Virus record (IMG/VR): IMGVR_UViG_3300021168_000016
Location: 61,422-125,421 of that record
DNA: 64,000 bases
Direction: 5' to 3' (one strand)
From: a virus
The stretch's first letter is position 1, and each line of letters opens with the position of its first letter. The position numbers and the translations under genes were made by a program. Below are positions 10,396 to 22,134 of this stretch, piece after piece. The notes under the pieces are model-generated. The model ran no database searches and was not told the DNA's origin. It was given only the letters and a program-made list of their open reading frames with translations.

Positions 10396-13300
10396 ACTAC
10401 TATTCACTCGACGAAATCCACCACATCTTTGTCGAAGTTGTTGATGGGCGCGGCCGGCATGGAGATTTCCTTAAGAAATATGCGGCGGCATTTCTTCAAG
10501 CAGATGACGAGAATGCTTTACTACTAAAGGTCTCGGCACTCATGCTGATCAAAAAGTACCATCTTGACGCTTATCTTGACAACTACCAGCCTGAAAAGCT
10601 TGGTGAAGATGCATGGATACGACAGAAAGCAGCAAAAGAAGACGGCGCTATTGTCTCGGCTGGTCATATGACAAAAGAGGAGAAGAAAAATGGCTAAGAA
10701 GGGGTATATGATTCCGCAGCAAAGTGAAGAGCATGTCTATCTCGATATCTATGACGCCTGGAATAACCAAAGCGAAGGTAGTGATATTGTTAAAGTTGAA
10801 GTCAGTGAACTCTTAGCGATTGAAATCGTCCACGAGTGGACCTGTCCGGGATGTGAACAGGTAACTACTGGTCTGCGCGAGGAAGATAAAATCTTCTGCA
10901 TATATTGTTCTACATGGCAGGAAAATAGAGGATCACACGCCTGGAGTGACCTTGAAGCAGTTACTACTCGATTAATCGAGCTAGCCATCCAAAAGCTCAC
11001 GGATGAGGGGAAGGATAAAGAAGAGATCAACAAGATCTTCAAGCACTTCGTTGCCGTATCAAACGAAATGGAGAAAGAGAAAGAAGATGCCGTCTAACCT
11101 CGCAACCCTCATTAAGATAGCAAAACTGTACATCGCAATTCCTTCAAAAGTAGTGAAGGAGCACCTTGGTCCCAAGAAGTACCATGAACTGATGGAATGT
11201 TACACGCAAGTAAGCCATCTGATTGAGCACCAAGGAGAACTCTTTAAGAAAGAGAAATCTAATGTCAGAAAGTCTCATGAAAGTAGTTGAGTGCAGATTT
11301 TGTGAAAGAAGATTCCATAGCTACAACCACGATAGATTCACATGCGAGCAATGTTCAATTCTCTACCAAGCTGTAGCGAGCACTGATCCTAGGGTACTTA
11401 GAAATATAATCAAGGAGGTTTTCAAGATAAATGTCACCTCAGACAGAGAAGTGTGATTTCTGCTATTCTGATCAACCAATCAAAGCCTATACGCATCCTG
11501 AGATAACTTTACCTCCTCCAATTGGGATATTATTCCTCGCGGGAGAATGGTCTGCTTGTAAAGAGTGCGCTGATTTGCATGAAGCAGGTAAGCTTGAGGA
11601 ACTGATAGAGAGGGTAATGGCATCTCCTTCTGTAGCCAATCGTAACATAGACAGAGATCGAGCACGTCGGGATCTTAGATACATGTATCCACAAATCTCA
11701 CGAGAAGGAAGGTCAATATTAAACTAATGATAACACTAAGCGAAAAGTGGCAGGATCGTCTAGCTTCCCAACCAGAAACAGGGATGGGCTACCAAATCTG
11801 TTCAATCAAATTAACAGATGGACGTGAATTAAATGATGTAACAGTCCTATCTGGCCAGGCTGTTGTATCCGATGAGATTTCTTCAGAGGAACAAATCGAG
11901 AGTATAGAGGTAACAAGATTAAGGAGATGATATGAAAGTTAGACTTCCTGGAGTCCCAATTGATGTTGAAGTAGTCAGTGAACAGAAGTGCTTAGAAGCA
12001 GACGTAATTCGAGCAGCACTTCCCAAAGCTATATACGATAAAAGTGTCGCAGCAGGTGACGAATATGTTCCCGGTACTAAAGGGGGATTCTTCTGCATAG
12101 TCTGCGGATGTGAAGTCGTATTAGCTCCTTCTGGTCAGCGGATTGAGGCCCAAGGGGGCGGATACACTTGCATGAATTGCGTTCTAAAAGCAGCGAAAGA
12201 AGAGGATCACAACTAAATGCTTTTCAAGATCAAACATCCGTGCGAACTTTGCCCTTTTAGAAAAGATGTAAGACCTTTTCTAAGAAGAGCTCAATCGATT
12301 GCAGAACAGATGGAAGATGATCACTTTTGGTTCGCTTGCCACGAAACTACTGGGGTGAAAAGCGGCAGACGTGTTCGCCCCGCGAAGCAATCACACTGTG
12401 CTGGATTGATGGGTGTCCTTTGGAAAATGAAGCGACCTAATATCGCGATGCGGCTCGCACTAATGTATAAAATGATCACAGTCAAGCAATTAAATTCTAT
12501 CCAGAATGTATTTAACTCGTTGAACGAATTCAAGAACCACCATGATGAGGAGGTGTAGTATGTCAGTAGGGAGCATCGGAATGCGAGTATATCTTCCACC
12601 GGTTGACGGTGAAAGAGTAAAAACACTCGTCGGAGAATTAGTGAAAGTTCAACCAAAGCCCGAAATAGTCGGCAGATATGGGACAATCACAGATTACGAA
12701 GTAATAGACTTCATCGGTAGGCCAATCCACATTCCAGTTATCACACTGGATGATGGGAAAATAGTCAGAGGTTATGAATGCTGGTGGACTGAATCGAATG
12801 GAGATGACCCGTGCCATCAAAGGAAGAGCTAAGTGATGACTCAATCGGAGAGATCTGGGAATGGGTCGGAGTTGCTACTAGGAAATCAACTCCACAACCT
12901 AAACCTGACGTAATCCTACCTTATGGTACTCTGGTTGAAAATACCAGAGCTACAATTATAGGAATAGGTACCAGCTTAAAGTGGGTAGCTATTCTTCCCA
13001 ACGGAGATCTAGTTATCGGGCCTGGAATGATTACACACACAGCGAACGAAGAGAATTATCAACTAGGGATTGAAGCCAAAGAATTTAGGAATGATATGAT
13101 CTTCCTGAAGAAAGCTATGGTACATGGGACAATCAACCTCAAGAACATTCCGAAACTGAAGTAAGGAGGAAAAGTATGGAATGGAAGAACAGTGAAAACC
13201 TACTCACAGAAGTAATAGGTGAAATCGGCCAAGCTGACGGTGGGATGTTTACGCCGCCTGGAAAGATTTGCGTCCATGAAAAGAAACTCTTTGTCTTAGA

Positions 13301-15024
13301 AGATGCTTTTCTGAGAAAGATGTTTGCACTAACAACATTTTATGCCCGGGAAGCAGGACAACTCAAGGTTAAGCTGCAGTATGAGCCTGACAACAAGGAA
13401 TTGCAAATCGAGTTTCAGAAGATGGATTCGAAAGAAGATCTTCTTCGTGAAATGCTCTGGTACTGCATCCGTACCAAATACGATCTTTGGCGGTACCCTT
13501 CTCTTGGCATCCGGGAGGGCTGGAACATCATTGAAGACTGCCATGAAGACGGTGATGCTCCTGAATTCCTTCGGAAGCTACTTGGGAGCTAACCATGGCG
13601 AAACTTCAATCCAGTTGGAGTAGAGGGATAGACCTTGAAGGCTTGAATGAGACCGACAAGAAGCGAATTAAACAAGTCGGCCTCAATCAGTGGATGGATG
13701 AACTGTCTGCTAAGAATGAAAAGTCAGTAACCGAGAAGAAGTCAAAGGAGGTGATGCCAAGTGCCCCAATGGGAGCCATTAAGGAACAATCTGCTGTAAC
13801 GGGGGTGCACCGAGCCGAAACGAGTGCTGATCCAATCCTCGAGTTAGCTATATCAAAACTCAATAAAACACAGAAGCAAGTAGTTGCTTTCATAAAGGTT
13901 TCTAAGGAAAACGGTGGTGTTGTTACCTTTGAGCAATCTGCCAAAATTAACCCAAAGTACCCCGCGGATCCGGTATATTATGCTAGGAAGGCCGGTTGGG
14001 CAGTGGAAACAGACCGAAAAGCAAAAGTCTTCAGGGTAGGTGCATATGTTCCTAAGACATCCTGATGGGGACGTAATCCTCAAAATGAGCCCGGACGATT
14101 ATGATACTGTCCTTATGGCTCTTGGCTACTTCACAGGTGGGATGTCGAAACACAACCCTCAAGGTATGAATGATATGCTTAAGCTGATAAACAGGCTTAA
14201 TGACGGAAACCCGCAGTACACACCATATGAAACGAAGTAAGGAGTTCTCTTTAAATCAAGGGAGGACAATGAGTGGTATCATGGGGAGGGCACGAACACC
14301 ATGAGAGGATTTAACAATGCCGGTACAGGAGGATACCCTCAAAATGAGATTGGTTCGGTTATCAATCTGTCCATGCGGTTTCTCAACTTTAGACGATTCG
14401 ATTCTTGTAGGACAGACGTATGTCGTCTACCCAGGTACCATCAAAATGGGATTTAGCTACTTCTGTGGCGGCTGTAAAAGAACACTCACAAATATCGTTG
14501 CTATCAAGGCAGATCAGATTATAGAGACTGATCTAAAACCTGAATACTTACCTCTAAGATTATTCGATACGGAGTAACTATGAGCAGAGAGAAACATGAC
14601 GATAATTGCCGTGGCTGTATGCCGGCAGTCCTTGATCCAAAAACAGGAAAAGTACTTCCTGACACTCACTGGATTATGAAAGCTATCTACTCTGTCTGGA
14701 ACCAAACGACATTGGAAGAAAGAGAAGCATTCCATCATGTCACAATCGATAACTCTCGTGATCCCAAAGAGATGGAGCTGTTCACAACGTTAGGAACAAA
14801 GTTCCAAGAGGCTATGATATTTGCGGAGGAGCAGAATGAATGCGGATACAGCAGCAGTAATACTTAAACTAACGAAAATGCTTACTCCTGAGGAGTATGT
14901 ATTCTTCCTAAACACTTCAAACCCATACATCGGTGGCCGTGAACCACAGGAGTTACTTGACAGCGACCCTGAACGAGTACTCTCACTAGCACAAACATTT
15001 AAGCATCCTGCTGATGTATTTTAG
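10392..15024 (+). other. Second run of short hypothetical ORFs, many with CxxC pairs
   Basis: About 15 abutting + strand ORFs with RBS; 12217-12558 has a PCELCPFRKD...FACH...HCAG Cys/His motif. Confidence 0.65.
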
Positions 15025-15030
15025 GAAACA

Positions 15031-16635
15031 TTGATCTTGTCATTCCAAGGCGTCCGTTTTGTCGCACGCGAGACGTCTTCGAATGACATAGAAATGGTAA
15101 AGAAGGCAGGATTCCACTGGGACGGTAGTATTCGCGCTTACTGGACATCAATTGCATATCTTGCTGCTTCCTTCAAGCAGTATGCAGATGCTAGTGCACA
15201 GGTAAGGATTGGATATGACGATTCGCAGATTGCTCTTTCGCACGCTCTCGGTTCTACTCTACGTATTCCTGTTCCTGATGGTTTATGTTACCTTCCTTTC
15301 CAGACCGTAGCAGCAGAGTATGCAATCCAGCGCAAAGATACACTGATAGCTGACCCTCCAGGTGCAGGGAAGAGCATTGAAGCTATTAGTATCATTAACT
15401 TCTTACCTGAAATCAAAAAGATCTTAATCATCTGTCCGGCATCATTAAGAATTAACTGGTCAAGAGAATTAATGCGGTGGCTAACAAAGGAGTTAACTGG
15501 AGGGTTTGCTCTAGGAGGGCAGTTCCCAGACACTAACATCATTATCACGAATTACGAACAGGTCAAAGCGTTTAGAAAGAGAATTGACAAGGAGAAATGG
15601 GATCTTGTCATCTTTGATGAGAGTCATATGTGTAAGAACCCAAAATCGCAACGAACGAGGGCTAGTCTTGGCTGGGTAAGTGAAACTGGTAAGACACACA
15701 TTCCTCCCATTGATGCAGGTATGAGATTGTTCTTAACGGGTACTCCAATCCTTAACCGCCCTGTTGAATTATGGCCTATGCTAAGGATCGCAGATCCTGA
15801 TGGATTAGGAGCCAATCAACTCCAGTTCGAAAAGCATTACTGTGCTGCGTGGGATGCCCCTTGGGGGTATGACGCAACTGGAGTTTCAAAGAGACACTTA
15901 GAAGACTTACAGAAACGTCTACGAAGTAAATTGATGATCCGCAGATCAAAAGAATTGATCCTTCCTCAGTTACCTCCAAAGAGACGCCAAATCATTACAC
16001 TACCGGCAGAAGCTGCTAGGCAGGCTATTCAAGCGGAACTTGATTACTACGAAAGAAATCAGACGGTCGTTGAAGAGGCTACAAAGAATGCGGCAGCAGA
16101 GATTGATTACCAGCAGGCAGCAGATCAACTAACAGAAGGTAAGGCCGCTCAGCTCTGGGAAATGAGTCGTTTACGTCACGCTACGGGACAAGCGAAGATC
16201 CCTTACATCATTGAATACCTTGAACAAGCATTAGCAGAAAGAGAGAAAGTAGTAGTCTTTGCACATCACAGAGATATAATTGACGCAATCGTAAAGCATT
16301 TCAAGAAGAAAGCAGTGTCTCATCACGGTGGGATGACAAATGATGAGAAGCAGAAAAGTATTGACAGGTTTCAAGGGGATAAGTCGGTCAACATATTTGT
16401 AGGTTCAATCACAATGGCAGTTGGATATACGTTGACAGCCGCTAGTCTAGTGGTAATAGCTGAACTTGACTGGCGAAGTTCTGTCGTTCTTCAGGCAGAA
16501 GATAGGTTACATCGAATTGGACAAATGAATCCTGTCCAAGTTTCTCATCTCATTTTCGACAACAGTTTGGATTCAAGAATAGTGTTTCGTGTAATTGAGA
16601 AGGAAGAAATAGCAGAAAAAGCATTAGGGAGTTGA
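15031..16635 (+). CDS. SNF2-family (SMARCAL1/HARP-like) helicase
   Basis: ADPPGAGKS motif I, DESH motif II, LTGTPILNRPVELW motif III, QAEDRLHRIGQ motif VI. Confidence 0.9.
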   Translation: MILSFQGVRFVARETSSNDIEMVKKAGFHWDGSIRAYWTSIAYLAASFKQYADASAQVRIGYDDSQIALSHALGSTLRIPVPDGLCYLPFQTVAAEYAIQRKDTLIADPPGAGKSIEAISIINFLPEIKKILIICPASLRINWSRELMRWLTKELTGGFALGGQFPDTNIIITNYEQVKAFRKRIDKEKWDLVIFDESHMCKNPKSQRTRASLGWVSETGKTHIPPIDAGMRLFLTGTPILNRPVELWPMLRIADPDGLGANQLQFEKHYCAAWDAPWGYDATGVSKRHLEDLQKRLRSKLMIRRSKELILPQLPPKRRQIITLPAEAARQAIQAELDYYERNQTVVEEATKNAAAEIDYQQAADQLTEGKAAQLWEMSRLRHATGQAKIPYIIEYLEQALAEREKVVVFAHHRDIIDAIVKHFKKKAVSHHGGMTNDEKQKSIDRFQGDKSVNIFVGSITMAVGYTLTAASLVVIAELDWRSSVVLQAEDRLHRIGQMNPVQVSHLIFDNSLDSRIVFRVIEKEEIAEKALGS

Positions 16636-17185
16636 AAGGAGGAAAGAAATGTCAATCATGCTAGAGCAAGGTAAGAGTCTTGGATTATGGAGCTTTGCAC
16701 TTCCAAAAGGTTGGAAGTATGATGAAACCCATATCGGAGGAGACTACCTAAGCCACCTTGGATATGATGAGTTTAATGGGGAGAAGGTCATTAAACTAAC
16801 CTATCGATTCAGATATTACAACGTTGTTGACACAAATGATCCGTACAAGGATGATGATATCAAGAACTGGTTTAGCGTAATCCTTGACCTTGAAAAGGTA
16901 ACAGAAGCCTATGCCATTGCATCAACTCGTGAAATGATGCAGGAAATGGCATCAGCAGCAGGAACTAAACTCCATGAATTCCTTGTCGGAAATGATTTTA
17001 AAGCGTTCTCTGAGAGAGTTCAGGACGCGCCTTTTGCTTACTCAAGGATGGCTACTAAAGAAGAAATGGAGGACTTAAGAAGAGAACACATTGCCGAACA
17101 AGTAAAGAAGGCAGGTTAACCAAAACAAACAGAAGGTAACCGGAGATTCTCAAATAGAGATTCTCTACATAGGAGAAACACAAAA

Positions 17186-17755
17186 ATGAGAGGAGAAACA
17201 AATGAACGACAATCCGGAGAAGAACGAGAGTACGAAGGAAGAGAGTACGAAGGCCACGTCACGTTCGCGAGTGGTTACGTTACGCGGTACCTCGAAGATT
17301 ATGCCCACGGAATTAACGTCGCTTCGAGCGACTTTGCCGACAGGGTGGTCTCACTTATTCGTACCGCGCAGGGCAGGGAAGTACGTGGGGCTGATAATCA
17401 TGTGTCCCCATTGCGACGCAACGGCACCGAAAACAATCAAGCCGTGGAACCGCTGGAGGTACATGGCCTGCCACATAGCGAAACACAAGTAAGAAAGCCT
17501 CGCCGAGTTGATCTTCCTGTCAGATGTAAAATCTGTAACAGGTTATTTCCCACTCGAAGTAAATTCATGTCACACAAACTCAGGAAGCATAGTCCTGGAA
17601 AGACAGGAGCAGAAGTCCACAGAAAGAATGTAAGTAAGGGAGCTGTCGGTTACTGGTCACAATTTACTCCTGAACAACGAAGTGCGGAGATGAGAAGGAG
17701 GCAAGATGTATCAAGGAAGAAAAAGCTTGAAGAAGTAAGAAGAAAGGCAGCATAA
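17186..17755 (+). CDS. C2H2 zinc-finger protein
   Basis: CKICNRLFPTRSKFMSHKLRKH motif; AGGAG RBS. Confidence 0.6.
   Translation: MRGETNERQSGEEREYEGREYEGHVTFASGYVTRYLEDYAHGINVASSDFADRVVSLIRTAQGREVRGADNHVSPLRRNGTENNQAVEPLEVHGLPHSETQVRKPRRVDLPVRCKICNRLFPTRSKFMSHKLRKHSPGKTGAEVHRKNVSKGAVGYWSQFTPEQRSAEMRRRQDVSRKKKLEEVRRKAA
17202..17492 (+). CDS. Overprinted ORF with C2H2-like zinc finger (different frame)
   Basis: Own GAGGAG RBS; CPHC...MACHIAKH motif at the C-terminus. Confidence 0.45.
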   Translation: MNDNPEKNESTKEESTKATSRSRVVTLRGTSKIMPTELTSLRATLPTGWSHLFVPRRAGKYVGLIIMCPHCDATAPKTIKPWNRWRYMACHIAKHK

Positions 17756-18094
17756 AAACTTCCTTCAGGAGCAGGCTTCGCAGAGCCTGCTAAGTGGGAG
17801 GTTTTTCTATGAATGAAAATGATTATTCTTTTGTGACAGTGAAGAGTATGGAAAAAGCAGTAAACCAGCTAGGTTCTGAAGAAATGGCTGCTCATCCTGA
17901 GATGCATGAATTAGTCAGTAAGATTACAGAAGCTATGAAGGCTTCCGATCTTGTCGCTTACTTTCTAAAACAGCTGATTAGAAATGCAGGTAAACAGGGC
18001 GAACTTACTAAGAATGTATTGACCGCGGCGATAGCTTTTACATCTGGTGTTAATGTTGGGATTAACATAACACTCAATGAAGAAAAGGAGAGGT

Positions 18095-19168
18095 ATGATG
18101 GCAAATCGTGAATCCATAAAGTTTGTATCTGCGGCTTTGGATGAGGACGGCAATGGAAATATTGTTCTGAGAGGAGTAATTGAACCTGCTTCACTCTATT
18201 TGTTAAAAGTAGGGGCTTATCAGCGGGAGATACTCCCAATCACAAAGATTAAAGATCTCGAAGAGGTCTTTAGTACAGGTGGACGGATTCCTGATATCGA
18301 TTTAGGTATGCGTGGAGGCAACTTCCTTGAGAAAGAAAGTGCATTCTTTCTACAGGACGACACATATATTATCGATGGCCTCCAGCGAGTTACAGCAGCA
18401 AAGAAAACAATAGAATCAGGAAAGGTTCCACGGTTGGGTGGCATTGTCCATTTCAACACCACAGAAGAATGGGAAAGAAATCGGTTCAGAATCCTCAATA
18501 CAATGAACACGAAGCTGTCACCAAATGTGCTGCTTCGTAACATGCAGACAGAATACAATGCAATAGAATTACTCTACACAATATCAAAGGATAAAAGCTT
18601 CGTACTTGGAGGGAAGGTTTGCTGGCAGCAGCGAATGAAGAGAGACGAATTAATCACAGCCTTAACAATGCTGAGAGTGGCGGGCATCATCCATGCAATT
18701 TATGGGCCGTCAAGAGGGGGAAACTTTAAGATAGCTGCGGCTCAGCTTGAGAAGATCTATAACAAGATAGGAAGGAACAACCTCCGTGAGAATATCAAAA
18801 CATTCTGGAGTATGATGGATCAAAGCTTTAAGTTGAGTTTTGTCACATATAAGGAGAGGCAAACCTTCCTAAAGTCTGCGTTTATACTAACGCTGGCTGG
18901 TGTAATCGGTGATCACGCTAACTACTGGAAAGACGCAAAGCTGTTCATCTCGAAAGAACAGATTCGACAGATTGCTCAGTTCCCAATCAACGATCCGCAG
19001 ATTGTCTCCTTAGCCAGTTATTCCATAGGGGGATCATCGGGAGATCTTCTATACCAGATTTTACTCAAGCATCTGAACAAAGGAAAGACAAAAAACCGAT
19101 TGATTTCTCACAGAAAGTCGCTTAGGCAGAGCAAGAAAGAACAAACACAGGAATTATCAGAGGAATAG
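18095..19168 (+). CDS. ParB/DGQHR-superfamily protein
   Basis: YQRE...IIDGLQRVTAA...F.ILNT motifs. Confidence 0.6.
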   Translation: MMANRESIKFVSAALDEDGNGNIVLRGVIEPASLYLLKVGAYQREILPITKIKDLEEVFSTGGRIPDIDLGMRGGNFLEKESAFFLQDDTYIIDGLQRVTAAKKTIESGKVPRLGGIVHFNTTEEWERNRFRILNTMNTKLSPNVLLRNMQTEYNAIELLYTISKDKSFVLGGKVCWQQRMKRDELITALTMLRVAGIIHAIYGPSRGGNFKIAAAQLEKIYNKIGRNNLRENIKTFWSMMDQSFKLSFVTYKERQTFLKSAFILTLAGVIGDHANYWKDAKLFISKEQIRQIAQFPINDPQIVSLASYSIGGSSGDLLYQILLKHLNKGKTKNRLISHRKSLRQSKKEQTQELSEE

Positions 19169-19772
19169 ACAAAACATGACAATGAAAAAGAAGATACCTG
19201 CCCCTCTCTCAATCGAACAACTCAAAGCTAAAGTAAAGGAAATACCGGCTGTGATTCCTAAGCACGCAACGATGCCGAGTACATCTAGTCGTGTAAACAG
19301 TAAAGATATAGCAACAGGGAAAGCAAAGTTCAGTCACACTGATATCTCAGCAATTGGCTACTCTGAAGAAGTTGTCGGAGTAGATACGGATGGAAAGGAA
19401 CATAAGTTTGGTGGTGGCGTATGGATCAATCTCAACTGGTCAGTACCTGGATTTGGTTTCGGTGAGATAGAATTAAGAAAGACACCGGGAGGCAAGATCC
19501 AAATCCAAACAGAAAGACTGGGCAAGGAATTTGCCAAAGCAATGTTCTGTGATCTAATAGACAGAGCAGAGGAAAAAGAATGATTAACATGAAGGACTAC
19601 TTCAACTTCGGTAGTAAAGTCAAGGCACACGGGAAGGAATGGTACAAAATCCTTCCCGTAGGAATCGACTGCTACCTTGCCATCTCAGCAGATGCTGAGG
19701 ATTACCCTGCAGAGATCTTTCTGATTAAACCTGACAAAAACTACCCTGCACCGAAATAGAAAGGAAGATATC

Positions 19773-20294
19773 GTGCATCGTGTCAAGGACAGTAGTAATG
19801 TTTACGGCCTGGATTGGAAAGATAACAATCTCGACGTAACCTATAAACTCAACAAGAATTCAGACATGCCGGGAGAGACGTATCGTTATTTTGGGGTTCC
19901 TGAAGGAATATTTATTCTTTGCTTAGCCGCAAGATCTAAAGGGGAATACTTAAACACATGGGTAAAACAGGTGGGGTATAGATACGAGAAACTACCACAG
20001 GCCCATGCTATAGCGAAAGAAGTCGAAAAGGAAGAAAGTGCGGAAGTCGACGAGGTCATTAAGTATTTAGAAGAGAAAGGACTAGTCAGAACAGAACTAG
20101 ACGACAATATGGTTAGACGTGTCGTTGTAACAGGAGATATTGCTCATGAAATCATTAACTCTTTTGTCTCACTGCCTGAAAGAATGAAGAAAAGTAAGAA
20201 TGCTCTGCGGAGAATCGTTGAAGGTATACTCAGACAGAATCTTGATCCAATACCGAAAGCACTAGCAGAATATATTCGGGAGAGGAAGAAATGA
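19773..20294 (+). CDS. KTSC-domain protein
   Basis: SSNV.G..W....L.V.Y....YRYFGVP......L.A.SKGEYLN..VK..Y.YEK. Confidence 0.75.
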   Translation: MHRVKDSSNVYGLDWKDNNLDVTYKLNKNSDMPGETYRYFGVPEGIFILCLAARSKGEYLNTWVKQVGYRYEKLPQAHAIAKEVEKEESAEVDEVIKYLEEKGLVRTELDDNMVRRVVVTGDIAHEIINSFVSLPERMKKSKNALRRIVEGILRQNLDPIPKALAEYIRERKK

Positions 20295-20986
20295 GATGGT
20301 TCGGAGAAAACTGGGGTGCTCCTATCTGTAAGACGACTAAGCACGCGCCAACTCCTGAAGGTTTACCCTGTGCTCATAACTGTCAACACAGCATCAGAGA
20401 GGGAGATATTGGAGTGCTTATCCCTTATACAGGTCCTCCTTTAGTACATGGGCAATACATAATGGCAGCTGGAATACCGCACATTGGCTACCACCTCGTC
20501 TGTTTCTTTGATGAAATCGGTATACGAGGGAAAACACATGACTGAACACATAGAAAAGATATACGCTCCTTGGACAGAAAGTGAAGTTCACGCTCTGAAT
20601 AAGTACCAGGTTTCTGGGCTTATGCATCCATTCACATGCGGTGAAGAACACGGGAGAGAATCTGTTCTAGAAGCTACAGTAGATGGATGGGTATGTCCAG
20701 TGCCCCTTTGCTATTACACCCAAGATTGGTGCTACAGCTGGATGATAAATATTGGAAAGGAAGAGGTATGACGGAAGTACATCTTGATGCAATAATGCCA
20801 AAGGAGCATGTACAGGAATTTCTGCAATTAATGCGTACATTTGATCTGACACATCCTGACTGTCATTTTGAGGTAACAACGAATGATACTAATATGACAG
20901 CTGAGGAAGCAAGAGCAATCCTAGAAAAGATTCAACCGCCATTCTCAAGTTTGAAGGAATATAAGGGAGGGAATTCATAATTTTAG

Positions 20987-21001
20987 AGTAGCGGTATATA
21001 T
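20987..21001 (+). promoter_or_regulatory. Phage-conserved promoter motif AGTAGCGGTATATA
   Basis: Identical 14-mer also at 35581 and 40083, each just upstream of an operon. Confidence 0.65.
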
Positions 21002-21008
21002 AAAATAT

Positions 21009-21479
21009 ATGGTCTACTTCATTCAAAGTGCCTGCCCAAAAGGGCTTATCAAGATAGGTAATTCGGATAAACCCTTAACCAGGTTGAAAGAACTTCAAAC
21101 AGCTAATGGTTACAAACTGACATTCCTGAAGATTATTCAGGGAGGTTATCAGGAAGAATTAATCACAAAGAAGAGATTCAGGCAGTTCCGTGTTTTGGAG
21201 GGCGGAACCGAGTGGTTTAAACCAGAAAAGGAACTACTCGATTACATCAAATCACTGGTATTAGAACAGGCATTTGAAATGCCTACTACTTACCAAGAAA
21301 TACCTGGAAAGTATGATCCGAGTATTATATCACAAACAGCACTACTTTCTTTGTCTAGTCGAAGACAACTTTCAAAGAGGACTGAGATAAGCAATGAACA
21401 ACTTCTTTCAACGGTGAAGAAGCAAGAATTACCTTCACGAATTGATTTTTCGTTACAAATCAAACTAAGGAGAATATGA
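21009..21479 (+). CDS. GIY-YIG nuclease (T5orf172/MUG113 type)
   Basis: VYFIQ...LIKIG.S..P..RLKELQTAN...EWFKP motifs. Confidence 0.85.
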   Translation: MVYFIQSACPKGLIKIGNSDKPLTRLKELQTANGYKLTFLKIIQGGYQEELITKKRFRQFRVLEGGTEWFKPEKELLDYIKSLVLEQAFEMPTTYQEIPGKYDPSIISQTALLSLSSRRQLSKRTEISNEQLLSTVKKQELPSRIDFSLQIKLRRI

Positions 21480-21480
21480 T

Positions 21481-22134
21481 ATGAGTACAGCAGAAGTAAT
21501 TCAGTTTGAGGAATCTGAATCTCAAGAGATTTCTCTTACAAAGATGTATGAAATCGCAGTAGAATCACTAAGTCCCGTCGGATTCGGACGATACTATGAA
21601 CGAGAATATCCGGCAACACCTGTGGAACAAAACAATAAAGAGACGTATGAAGAACGGACTTGGATGAAACGCCTCTGGATAAACGAAGACGGTAAAGTCT
21701 TCATTCCTGGAGTATCATTCAAAGGGGCGTATGTAAACGCTGCGGGACAGAATATGCTCCCTGATAGAGTTCCAAATACTGGGAATAAAGGGACTTACAC
21801 GAAACACTTCGCTGCTGGTTTCCATGTTATCAACAATGTTGTTACTGAATATACTGAAGCAGATGTTGTCAGGAATAAATGGGGAAAGTGGTTACATGTT
21901 CCCGCAAATGCACAACGAGGAGGGAAGACAAGGGTTATGCGCTGCTTCCCAACAATCCCAAAGTGGGCCGGCAAACTACAGGTAATCACCCATGATCCTT
22001 GTTTGACTAAAGATATCCTAAAGCGTTTCGGAGATGCAGCAGGGTTAGTAATTGGCGTCGGTTCTCTTCGTGTCCAAAACAACGGAATGTGGGGGCAATT
22101 CCGAGTAGTTTCTGTAGAAGAAAAAGCTTTTTAA
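21481..22134 (+). CDS. Stand-alone RAMP/Cas7-like RNA-binding protein (candidate guide-RNA effector)
   Basis: ESLSP, VFIPGVSFKGAYVNAA (RAMP IPGxSxKG) and C-terminal glycine loop IGVGSLRVQNNGMWGQFRV; no other cas genes nearby. Confidence 0.7.
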   Translation: MSTAEVIQFEESESQEISLTKMYEIAVESLSPVGFGRYYEREYPATPVEQNNKETYEERTWMKRLWINEDGKVFIPGVSFKGAYVNAAGQNMLPDRVPNTGNKGTYTKHFAAGFHVINNVVTEYTEADVVRNKWGKWLHVPANAQRGGKTRVMRCFPTIPKWAGKLQVITHDPCLTKDILKRFGDAAGLVIGVGSLRVQNNGMWGQFRVVSVEEKAF

